From Candidatus Multivoradales bacterium (GTDB lineage Bacteria; Acidobacteriota; Thermoanaerobaculia; Multivoradales; Multivoraceae): 64,000 bases of DNA. A program made the position numbers and the translations under genes. The stretch is from the NCBI GenBank assembly GCA_965223325.1, contig CBDCWI010000002.1:352001-416000 (forward strand), written 5' to 3'. Positions 10,605-18,781 of this stretch are shown in pieces (within the stretch, counting starts at the first letter, position 1; each line of letters starts with the position of its first letter). Under the pieces are notes generated by a model. The model was given only the letters and a program-made list of their open reading frames with translations, ran no database searches and was not told the DNA's origin.

Positions 10605-11358
10605 GGGCCAGAACCTCCTCGGACAACTTGTAGTACTCGAAAGCACCGGATGAACGCGGGGCAAAGGTAAACACAGACTCGCGATGGGCGGGACTCTCCT
10701 CGAGCCGCACGCTCTTCGAAATCACCGTCTCAAAGAGCTTGTCGCCAAAGACACCGGCAATCTCTTGATGAACGTCGCGCGCTAGCAGGGTGCGCTTGTC
10801 ATGCAGCGTGATCACCACTCCGAGCAGTTGCAACCCCGGGTTGGCGCGCCGCTTGAGCTTGTCGATCGTGTCGAGCAGATCGTCGGTTCCCTCGAGGGCG
10901 AAGTAGCTCGACTGAATCGGAATCAGAACGTGCTGCGCAGCGACCAGTGAGTTGACCGTGATCACACCCAGGGTCGGCGGCGTGTCGATCAGAATGTAGT
11001 CGTATTCGTTGCGTAACGCCTCGAGCTCGTCTTTGAGCCGGTAGTCGCGGTCGATCTCACCCAGCAACTTGGCTTCGAGCTTCGCCAGCGCGATCGAAGA
11101 CGGTGCGACGAAGAGATTCGGAACCGTAGGCACCGGCATGATGACGTCGGCGATCCCCACGTCGGGCTCGGTCATCGCCTGGAACATCGTCTGGCCGACG
11201 ACCGTTTCGGGCTCGAGAAACGACATGGTGCTGTTGGCCTGGGGATCGAGATCCAACAGCAGGGTCTTGCGCCCCTTCGAGGCAATCGCCGCCGAGAGGT
11301 TGATGGCGGTGGTGGTCTTCCCCACTCCGCCCTTCTGATTCGTAATCGCAATGACCAT
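10597..11358 (-). CDS. parA: ParA/Soj-family ATPase
   Basis: Deviant Walker A NQKGGVGKTT, DLDPQAN, IDTPP, VRLEESP. Confidence 0.95.
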   Translation of the reverse strand: MVIAITNQKGGVGKTTTAINLSAAIASKGRKTLLLDLDPQANSTMSFLEPETVVGQTMFQAMTEPDVGIADVIMPVPTVPNLFVAPSSIALAKLEAKLLGEIDRDYRLKDELEALRNEYDYILIDTPPTLGVITVNSLVAAQHVLIPIQSSYFALEGTDDLLDTIDKLKRRANPGLQLLGVVITLHDKRTLLARDVHQEIAGVFGDKLFETVISKSVRLEESPAHRESVFTFAPRSSGAFEYYKLSEEVLARV

Positions 11359-11435
11359 GGGGAGCGGGCGCAGTGTAGAGCACCGCTTCATGCAGGGTCA
11401 ACGATAAAACCACTCAAAAGGCGAATTCGTGAATC

Positions 11436-11453
11436 ATGTCGGCCGGCCGACAT
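11436..11453. promoter_or_regulatory. Perfect 18-bp palindrome, candidate parS/operator
   Basis: ATGTCGGCC|GGCCGACAT with no loop and no U-tract, about 78 bp upstream of the parA ATG. Confidence 0.55.
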
Positions 11454-11462
11454 CGTACGCGC

Positions 11463-11963
11463 TTACATCGTGTACTTGCCGAGATCGTCGGGACCGAGCT
11501 CTTCGAGCATCTTGCGGACCTCGTCTGGATCTTCGGTATCGACCCCTTCGGTCCTGGTCACCGCCTTGGCGCGGTCCAGCACATCCTTCTCGACGTAGAG
11601 CGACGCGCCGCTGCGGACGGCGAAGGCGATGGCGTCACTCGGCCGCGAGTCGACCCGGATCGTCTCGCCACCTCGGTTCAAGTAGAGCTCGGCGTAGAAG
11701 GTCTGGCCTTGCAGGTCGTTGATGACGACCTTCTCGAGCACCGCGCCGAGGTCGGTGACCACCGCACTCAACAAGTCATGGGTCATGGGCCGCGCGCGAT
11801 CGATCTTCTCGAGCTCGATCTGAATCGCGCTGGCTTCGAAGACACCGATCCAGATCGGCAGGAAGATCTGCTCCGCCTCATCGCGCAGGATCACGATCGG
11901 ATGGTTCGATGACGGATCGATCATCAACCCACGCACCGACATCTTGACCAGGGTGTCAGGCAC
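11463..11963 (-). CDS. Bifunctional nuclease family protein (DUF151)
   Basis: LPIWIGVFEA, RPMTHDL, FYAEL, DSRPSDAIA motifs. Confidence 0.93.
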   Translation of the reverse strand: MPDTLVKMSVRGLMIDPSSNHPIVILRDEAEQIFLPIWIGVFEASAIQIELEKIDRARPMTHDLLSAVVTDLGAVLEKVVINDLQGQTFYAELYLNRGGETIRVDSRPSDAIAFAVRSGASLYVEKDVLDRAKAVTRTEGVDTEDPDEVRKMLEELGPDDLGKYTM

Positions 11964-13338
11964 TGCGATCCTCCCGAACGTCGCGTGCGGTCCTTACCCG
12001 CCGCGGCGCGACCACCAGTTCCCCCAGCAAGCTGTGGTCGTTGGCATGCTGGATCTGAACTGGAACGATCGTCCCGGCGGTCACCGAATCGCCAGCCGCA
12101 AAGTGCACGATGCGGTGGCACGGCGTCCGTCCACTCCTGTACCCGTCCTGGCGACTGCGACCGGTGACCAGAACCTCGTGCGTCTCGCCGATGAGCGCCT
12201 CGTTGAGGGCGCGCTGGATCGGAGTCTGCAAGGCAAACAGATCCTGCAGGCGACGGTCGGCCACTGCGAGGGGAACCTCTTGATCGGGAAGTCGCAGAGC
12301 CGGAGTGCCCGGACGTGGCGAGTACTTGAAGGCGAACACCTGGCTGTAGCGCACCCTCTCGACCAGGTTCATGGTCTGCCTAAAGTCCTCCTCGGTTTCA
12401 CCCGGGAAGCCGACGATGATGTCGGTCGACAGTGCCAGGCCACAGCGCGCGTCGCGCAAGGCATCGACCAGCGCAAAGTAGCTCGCCACGTCGTATCCCC
12501 GACCCATGCGCTTGAGGATCTTGTCGGAACCCGACTGGACCGGCAGATGAACGAAGGGACAGATATTCGCATGACGCGCCACCGACGCCACCATGCGGGA
12601 GCTGAAGTCCCGCGGGTACGAGGTGATGAACCGCAGCCGGGCGAGCCCAGGAATGACCGCGATGCGGTCCAGCAGGTCAGCGAAGTCGAGCGCCCGGCCA
12701 CTCCCCCGCCCGTCTTCGGGCTCGCGCCAATGGTTGACCGTCTGCCCGAGTAGCTCGATCTCCTGGAAGCCTTCGGCGACCAGCCGCTCGGCCTCGGTCA
12801 CGATCTCGGCCAACGGCCGGCTGCGCTCTGGACCCCGGGTGGTCGGGACGATGCAGAAGGTGCAGCGCTTATCGCAGCCTTCGATGATCGTGATCATGCC
12901 CTTGTGCGAATCAGCACGGGCAATGGTGTCCATGTCGTAGTGGCGGTCCTGCGGAAAGCCAGTCGCCAGAACGCGCTCGCCGCGTTGCGCCCGCTCGACG
13001 ATGCGCCCAAGTTCCCCGACGCGACCCGTACCGACGACGAAGTCCAGGTCTTTGACCCGTTGGAGAGCCGCCTCGCCCTCCTGTTGAGCGACACAGCCGC
13101 AGAAACCAATGACAAGGTCAGAATTGTTTTCTTTCAACGACCGATAACGGCCGAGCTGCGAGTACGACTTTTGCGCCGCCTTCTCCCGCACGCTGCACGA
13201 GTTCAGGAGAATCACATCCGCTTCTTCAGCCGATTCGGTGCGCTCCATGCCCTGTACCGCGAGCTGCCCCGCCATGCGCTGCGAGTCGAGCTCGTTCATC
13301 TGGCAGCCCCAGGTCTCTACGAAAAAGCGCTTTCCCAT
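11956..13338 (-). CDS. miaB: tRNA-2-methylthio-N6-dimethylallyladenosine synthase MiaB
   Basis: ETWGCQMN, NSCSVREKA, GCVAQ, radical SAM GCDKRCTFC, LLGQTVN, HLPVQSGS, C-terminal TRAM-like region. Confidence 0.93.
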   Translation of the reverse strand: MGKRFFVETWGCQMNELDSQRMAGQLAVQGMERTESAEEADVILLNSCSVREKAAQKSYSQLGRYRSLKENNSDLVIGFCGCVAQQEGEAALQRVKDLDFVVGTGRVGELGRIVERAQRGERVLATGFPQDRHYDMDTIARADSHKGMITIIEGCDKRCTFCIVPTTRGPERSRPLAEIVTEAERLVAEGFQEIELLGQTVNHWREPEDGRGSGRALDFADLLDRIAVIPGLARLRFITSYPRDFSSRMVASVARHANICPFVHLPVQSGSDKILKRMGRGYDVASYFALVDALRDARCGLALSTDIIVGFPGETEEDFRQTMNLVERVRYSQVFAFKYSPRPGTPALRLPDQEVPLAVADRRLQDLFALQTPIQRALNEALIGETHEVLVTGRSRQDGYRSGRTPCHRIVHFAAGDSVTAGTIVPVQIQHANDHSLLGELVVAPRRVRTARDVREDRSA

Positions 13339-13493
13339 CCTTGCGATCACCTCACACGGATCCATGAGCCCTGGCGGCCGTCCAGAGGGGAGCGACTGTC
13401 GGGCGAGCTGCGAAGGTTACTACGGGACGGGGCCGCCGCACTGCCCGCCGCACTGCCGGCGCCACCCCGCGCGGCGTGGGGGCCAACCTCGTT

Positions 13494-14099
13494 TCAGTCC
13501 TGGCTACGGTTACGGTAGAGCTCGGGGTCGACGACCTCGGCCATCTTGCGGTAGGCCTCCGCGCGACCGACGAATTCCGCGATCCGCCGTGCCTCGTCCT
13601 CGGGGGAACCGAGGACCTCACGGTAGTGCACGTCGATCCACTCGAAGGCTGGATCGTTCTTGAGCAGATACCCCACCCGCCAGAGATGGTTCTCGTAGGC
13701 GTCGGTCATCTGCGCATCGGCGGCGTCGTCCTGCTCCTCGCGGTGATCGAGCATCTTCTGCTGTGAAGCCAGCACTTCGCGCAGGTCACGGCGCATGAAG
13801 ATGACCTTGTAGTTGTTGTCGCGCGGCAGGTCCTTGAGCAGAAACGAAATGACTTTGATCGCCTTGCCGCGCGAAGCCCGCAACCAGGACTTGTCTGCCA
13901 TGCCTTCGAGGTCCTTGACCCGCTCGTCCTCGAAGTAGCCCTTGGGGTTGTCGATATCGGCTTCACGCTCGTTATCGGTCACCACGCTGAGTCCGGCTGC
14001 ATCGAGCATCTTCATCGCCATGGATGTGCCCGAGCGCGGCAGCCCGGAGACCACAACCACCGGTGGCCCTTTGGTCAATCGTCGAATCAACTTACGCAT
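13494..14099 (-). CDS. PAPS-dependent sulfotransferase-family protein
   Basis: 5'-PSB loop SGLPRSGTS, NPKGYFE, 3'-PB-like RRDLREVLAS. Confidence 0.85.
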   Translation of the reverse strand: MRKLIRRLTKGPPVVVVSGLPRSGTSMAMKMLDAAGLSVVTDNEREADIDNPKGYFEDERVKDLEGMADKSWLRASRGKAIKVISFLLKDLPRDNNYKVIFMRRDLREVLASQQKMLDHREEQDDAADAQMTDAYENHLWRVGYLLKNDPAFEWIDVHYREVLGSPEDEARRIAEFVGRAEAYRKMAEVVDPELYRNRSQD

Positions 14100-14431
14100 C
14101 AATCAGCTCACTGGAATCGGAGGTTAGCGGGAGCGTGCGCACCCTAGCAGGAGTCGCCGGCTTCCTGGGGCCTCCCGGGCACTCTCCGCGGTCGAGCGGC
14201 CCATCGGTTGCGACACCATCGGAGGGCACCGTATGCTCTTTCGCGAACCCGAGCCGGTTGTCTTCCGGCCGCCTGTTCACCGACTTCTGGCGGTCGCTGG
14301 CCCAGCTCCCGATGATCCAGCTTCGGCTGTGCACCGCCCGGGCGCTTTGCACCAACTCGCCGCGCGGTGAGGCCTGCCCGAAGCCCGCCCGAGCTTCCGA
14401 TTCACCTTCACCCCCTCCAGTAAACAGCGAT

Positions 14432-16666
14432 ATGAAAGCCAAGCCCCAGAGGTCCATCACCCGCCAGAGAGCCGCCGCCGGCGACGCCAGCACGATCAAC
14501 AAACGCGGTGTCACCACCGTGGTGTTCTTCGCCGCCCTGGGACTGGTTGCGTTGCCGGGCTTCGCCCACGCCTACATCGGTCCCGGCGCAGGCGTCGCGC
14601 TTCTGTCGTCGTTCGCGGTGCTCTTTGTCACCATCATCATCGCCCTGGCCGCTGTCCTGGTGTGGCCCTTCCGCACCCTCTACCGGATTCTGCGACGCAA
14701 GAAGCCGCCCAAACCACTGGTCAAGCGGCTGGTCATCGTTGGCTTCGACGGCCAGGACCCGCGCCTCACCGACCAGTACCTCGCCGAAGGCAAGCTGCCG
14801 AACTTCGAGCGCCTCGCCAGGCGGGGCGGCTACCGCAAGCTGCGCACGACCTTCCCGTCGTTGTCGCCCGTCGCCTGGTCGAGCTTCAGCACCGGAACCA
14901 ACCCCGGCAAGCACAACATCTTCGACTTTCTCGACCGCGACCTGCGCAGCTACCTGCCGACCCTCTCCTCCACTGCCATCGGCCGGGTCGAACGCTTCCT
15001 GAAGCTGGGCAAGTGGCGCATCCCGCTTCATAAGCCGGAGCTGCGCCTCCTACGCAAGTCGAAACCGTTCTGGTCGATCCTCGGCGAGCACAACATCTGG
15101 AGCACGGTGCTGCGCGTCCCGATTACCTTTCCGCCCGACAAGTTCTACGGTGCGCAGCTCGCCGCAATGTGCGTTCCAGATCTCCTCGGTACCCAGGGCA
15201 CCTTTCTCCTGTTCACGACCCGACCGGCAGAGGGAGAGTTCAAGGAGGGCGGCCTGCGGTTCGAGCTCCCAGACTCAGGTGGCAACCACTTCGAGACCCA
15301 GGTCGAGGGTCCAGAGAACACCTTCTTGCCACCCGACGAGGATGGCGACGAACCCAAACTCACCACGCCAATGACCATTCGCCTCGACCGCTCAGAAGGT
15401 CTCGCGCACATCGAAACCGGTGATGAGAGCCTGGTCCTGCGGCCGGGTGAGTTCTCGCCCTGGGTGACCTTGACGTTCAAAGCGGCGCCCGGAGTCAAGG
15501 TCCACGGCATCTGCCGCATGAAGGTCACCGAAATGCCCGGCCATGACGAGAGCGAGCACTTCTCGCTCTACCTGACACCGCTCAACATCTCGCCTGACAA
15601 GCCGGCCATGCCGATTTCCCATCCGTCGTACTACGCCACCTACCTGCAGAAGGTCGTCGGCGACTACTGCACTTTGGGGCTCGCCGAAGACACCTGGGCA
15701 CTCAACGAAGGGATCACCGACGACGGCACCTTCCTCGAGCAGACCTATGACATCGATCGCGAGCGTGAAGAGATGTTCATGGCCTCACTCGAGAAGCTCA
15801 AGAAGGGCGCCCTGGTGTGCGTCTTCGACGCCACCGACCGCATCCAGCACATGTTCTGGCGCTATCACGAGAAGGGTCACCCCGCTGCCGCCGGCATCGT
15901 CGACCCTGAGCACGGCGACGCGATCGAGAAGCTCTATCGCCACAACGACGAGCTCCTCGGCCGGGTGATGGAAAAGCTCGATGACGACGACCTGTTGATC
16001 GTGCTCTCAGACCACGGCTTCGACTCCTTCCGGCGGGGTGTCAATCTCAACCGCTGGCTGGTCGACCAAGGGCTCCTGGTGCTCAAAGAGGGCACCGACG
16101 GTTCGAGCGAGTGGCTGCGCGATATCGACTGGTCGAAGTCGAAGGCCTATGCCCTGGGCCTGTCAGGAATCTTCCTCAACCTCGCCGGCCGCGAAGAACA
16201 GGGCATCGTGCAGCCAGGCGAGGAGGCGCGCGCCGTCAAGCAAGAGATCATCGAGGGTCTCGCCGGCATGATGGACGAAGAACGTGGCGAGGTCGGCATC
16301 ATCGAAGCATTCGACACCGAGGTCATCTATTCGGGACCCTACCGCCGCAACGCTCCCGACCTGATCATCGGTTTCAACTCCGGCTACCGCACCTCATGGG
16401 ACTGCGCGACCGGCCAGTCTCATGGCCCGGTCTTCGAAGACAACACCAAGGCCTGGAGCGGCGACCACTGCATCGATCCGCGTTTGGTACCCGGAGTCCT
16501 GTTCTCGGACCGGCCCATCGAGAACGAAGATCCGTCGCTTCTCGACCTGGCCCCAACCGCGCTCCAACTGTTTGGTATCGACGCCCCGGCACACATGGAG
16601 GGCGAGGCGCTGTTCTCCGAAGCTGCAGTGAATCGAAAGACGACCCAAGAGCGCGACGCCGCCTGA
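14432..16666 (+). CDS. Alkaline-phosphatase-superfamily (type I phosphodiesterase/nucleotide pyrophosphatase) protein with N-terminal YIGPG anchor
   Basis: GFDG, TTFPSLSPVAWSSFSTGTNPGKH, DRIQH, LSDHGF, GDH metal-site motifs; N-terminal AHA-YIGPGAG followed by a TM helix and RRKK. Start at 14432 is inferred. Confidence 0.88.
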   Translation: MKAKPQRSITRQRAAAGDASTINKRGVTTVVFFAALGLVALPGFAHAYIGPGAGVALLSSFAVLFVTIIIALAAVLVWPFRTLYRILRRKKPPKPLVKRLVIVGFDGQDPRLTDQYLAEGKLPNFERLARRGGYRKLRTTFPSLSPVAWSSFSTGTNPGKHNIFDFLDRDLRSYLPTLSSTAIGRVERFLKLGKWRIPLHKPELRLLRKSKPFWSILGEHNIWSTVLRVPITFPPDKFYGAQLAAMCVPDLLGTQGTFLLFTTRPAEGEFKEGGLRFELPDSGGNHFETQVEGPENTFLPPDEDGDEPKLTTPMTIRLDRSEGLAHIETGDESLVLRPGEFSPWVTLTFKAAPGVKVHGICRMKVTEMPGHDESEHFSLYLTPLNISPDKPAMPISHPSYYATYLQKVVGDYCTLGLAEDTWALNEGITDDGTFLEQTYDIDREREEMFMASLEKLKKGALVCVFDATDRIQHMFWRYHEKGHPAAAGIVDPEHGDAIEKLYRHNDELLGRVMEKLDDDDLLIVLSDHGFDSFRRGVNLNRWLVDQGLLVLKEGTDGSSEWLRDIDWSKSKAYALGLSGIFLNLAGREEQGIVQPGEEARAVKQEIIEGLAGMMDEERGEVGIIEAFDTEVIYSGPYRRNAPDLIIGFNSGYRTSWDCATGQSHGPVFEDNTKAWSGDHCIDPRLVPGVLFSDRPIENEDPSLLDLAPTALQLFGIDAPAHMEGEALFSEAAVNRKTTQERDAA

Positions 16667-16760
16667 TCGAGTGATCAGCGTACGGCCTGAGTCCAGCGCA
16701 CAACAGAACCCTCAAGCACACACACATACGCCGCCCATCGCGGCGAAGGAGCCTCGCAAC

Positions 16761-16955
16761 ATGTTCGGTGGAAGCAAGATCAAACTCGACAAGGACCTCC
16801 TCGACAAGGTCAAGAAGTACGCAGACATCGCAGGCTACTCCTCGCCCGAGGAGTTCATCACCCATGCTCTCGAAAAAGAGCTCGCCAAGCTCGAAGACGC
16901 CGACTCCGAAGAAGAGATCCGCAAACGCCTGAAGGGCCTTGGCTACATTTCCTGA
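16761..16955 (+). CDS. Small CopG/RHH-like protein (64 aa) with C-terminal RLKGLGYIS tail
   Basis: AAGGAG RBS; KIKLDKDLLDKVKKYADIAGYSSPEEFITHAL fits a strand-helix-helix pattern; codon usage matches neighbours. Confidence 0.8.
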   Translation: MFGGSKIKLDKDLLDKVKKYADIAGYSSPEEFITHALEKELAKLEDADSEEEIRKRLKGLGYIS

Positions 16956-16993
16956 TCCCACGGCCCGAGCCTCAAACTCCCAGCAGTCCCACT

Positions 16994-17821
16994 ATGAACG
17001 CCTTCTTCTCCCTGCTCGCAGGTCTGACCGACCTCCTGATGCGTCCCTTCGTCAACCTGCCGTTGATCGTGCCGGTGACGGTGATGGCAGCCATCGCCAC
17101 CGTCTTGTTCCTCCTGGTCTACCGGTGGACCTCGAACCAGGAGGGCCTGGTGCGGGTCAAGAACAAGCTGGCGGCATCGTTCTTCGAGATCAGGCTCTGG
17201 AACGACGACATCGGAGCCATCTTCCGCGCCCAACGCGACCTTTTGTGGAACAACCTCAAGTACATCGGCCTCAACCTGGTGCCGATTCTCTGGTTGACCA
17301 TTCCGTTCGCGCTCGCGATGGGGCAACTGCAGGGCTACTGGGGCTACGAGCCCTTCCTCCCAGGTGAAAGCCGCGTCGTCCGCGCCGAAGTGCTCGGCGA
17401 GATCGCCTCCGCCGGGCGACCCGATCTCGAGCTCGAACTGCCCGAGGGCATCACCTTGACCGCCCCACCGGTGTGGAGCAGAAAAGCTCACGAAATGGCG
17501 TGGCAGGTGCGCGCCGAGGCCCCCGGCGCCTACGAAATCGCCCTCCGCCTCGGCGATCAGACGACAAACAAAGCCGTCACCGTCGGCAAGGGAGCACTGC
17601 GCCGTTCACCGATTCGCGCCAACGGCAATTGGATCGATCGCATCCTCTACCCATCAGAACCGGCTCTCGATGAGGCCACCGGCCTCAAGCGCATCACCAT
17701 CGACTACAACGACGCCGAAGTCGACATGGGGTTCTGGTCGATCCACTGGCTGGTGCCGTTCCTGCTCCTCACCATCGTCTTCGCCTTTGCCATTCGCGAG
17801 CGCATGGGCGTGACGTTCTAA
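16994..17821 (+). CDS. Membrane protein, DUF106/EMC3/TMCO1-like (Oxa1 superfamily)
   Basis: TM1, helical hairpin (YRWTSNQEGLVRVKNKL), TM2 (LVPILWLTIPF), YEPFLPGE, soluble insert, C-terminal TM3 (HWLVPFLLLTIVFAFAIRERMGV). Family call from remembered pattern of archaeal DUF106 proteins. Confidence 0.6.
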   Translation: MNAFFSLLAGLTDLLMRPFVNLPLIVPVTVMAAIATVLFLLVYRWTSNQEGLVRVKNKLAASFFEIRLWNDDIGAIFRAQRDLLWNNLKYIGLNLVPILWLTIPFALAMGQLQGYWGYEPFLPGESRVVRAEVLGEIASAGRPDLELELPEGITLTAPPVWSRKAHEMAWQVRAEAPGAYEIALRLGDQTTNKAVTVGKGALRRSPIRANGNWIDRILYPSEPALDEATGLKRITIDYNDAEVDMGFWSIHWLVPFLLLTIVFAFAIRERMGVTF

Positions 17822-17916
17822 CTGGAGACCCGGGGCAGCCTTGAAGGCTCCAAGCACCTGCTAGCGTGGCCAGCAACCAAGGAGGCTCTGCAACCGGTGT
17901 CGCAATCTCAAGGCTC

Positions 17917-18048
17917 GGCAAGTTTCGCGACGAGTGCCTCAACCAACACTGGTTCGTCGACCTGGCCGAAGTGCGAAGAGCAATCGAGACTTGGAGAGTC
18001 AGTCGACTACAACTGCGAGCGACCCCATGGCTCGCTGGGCGGCTTCGC
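17917..18048 (+). pseudogene. IS3-family transposase (integrase core C-terminal) relic
   Basis: GKFRDECLNQHWFVDLAEVRRAIETWRV continuing as DYNCERPHGSLGG in another frame after an AGTC duplication (17997-18004). Confidence 0.8.
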
Positions 18049-18206
18049 CAGTGCGACGGTTCCAGGCTAATGCAAAAGAGCGCTTCGGTGTACCTTCTCG
18101 CCGTCCGGGCAAGTTTCCCGCTCCCGATCGTGGAGTCATTCTTTGAAACAGCGGAGCGCCGCCAACGAGGCATGACGAGTCGGTAGTTCACAGCGCCAAA
18201 CGCCCG

Positions 18207-18254
18207 TGCCACCGGAGACGATGCCACCGGAGGCGATGCCGCCGGAGACGATGC
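18207..18254. repeat. 3 x 15-bp tandem repeat
   Basis: tgccaccggagacga / tgccaccggaggcga / tgccgccggagacga, intergenic. Confidence 0.85.
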
Positions 18255-18299
18255 GGTCGAACAAGCTTGCTGCGAAGGAACGCAGCATACAGATGTCAG

Positions 18300-18767
18300 C
18301 TAGCGCACGCAGGCACCGCCCTTGTAATGACCCAAGGGACAGGTCCACAGCTCGGGATTGACGGGCCGCCACTCCAGGTCGACAAAGGTGACGGTCGGCT
18401 CGGTTACCGCCGGCGACATGCCAGAAACCACCGCCAGGATCGCTGTCGAGGGCGCGTCAGACACCAGGCGCGTCACCGTGAGGGAGACCAGCGAAGTCCA
18501 TGCACAACCCGCGACCCCACAGCCACCGCCGCCGAGCGACAGGGACTCGTAGCGCACCTGGTAACGCTCGCCGGTCTTGTCGCGCAGGAACCGGACAACC
18601 TGCGGATGAGCCCGCACCGCCTCAACGGCCGGGTCTTCATCCTGCGCCGCTGCGGGTAGAACCAAGACCATCGCCAGAGCGGCCAGGAATACGCCAGCCA
18701 GGAAAAGTAGAACGAAGGACGTCGGCTGTTGGCCGTTGGTTGTCTCTTCTGTCGTCGAGAATGGCAT
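18300..18767 (-). CDS. Hypothetical secreted protein with four cysteines
   Basis: GGAGGTG RBS; hydrophobic signal ending PAAA-Q; GGGGCGVAGC and a C-terminal Cys pair. Confidence 0.7.
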   Translation of the reverse strand: MPFSTTEETTNGQQPTSFVLLFLAGVFLAALAMVLVLPAAAQDEDPAVEAVRAHPQVVRFLRDKTGERYQVRYESLSLGGGGCGVAGCAWTSLVSLTVTRLVSDAPSTAILAVVSGMSPAVTEPTVTFVDLEWRPVNPELWTCPLGHYKGGACVR

Positions 18768-18781
18768 AGGACATCACCTCC

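Noticed and set aside
9735-11358. parAB as evidence of a plasmid or prophage
   Set aside because: No rep, integrase or phage genes; it is embedded among housekeeping genes.
13434-13460. Short direct repeat ccgccgcactgc x2 upstream of miaB
   Set aside because: Too short and GC-rich to support a function.
14024-14431. 136-aa N-terminal extension of the AlkP ORF
   Set aside because: Low-complexity and overlaps the divergent sulfotransferase start; the signal peptide fits a start at or after 14432.
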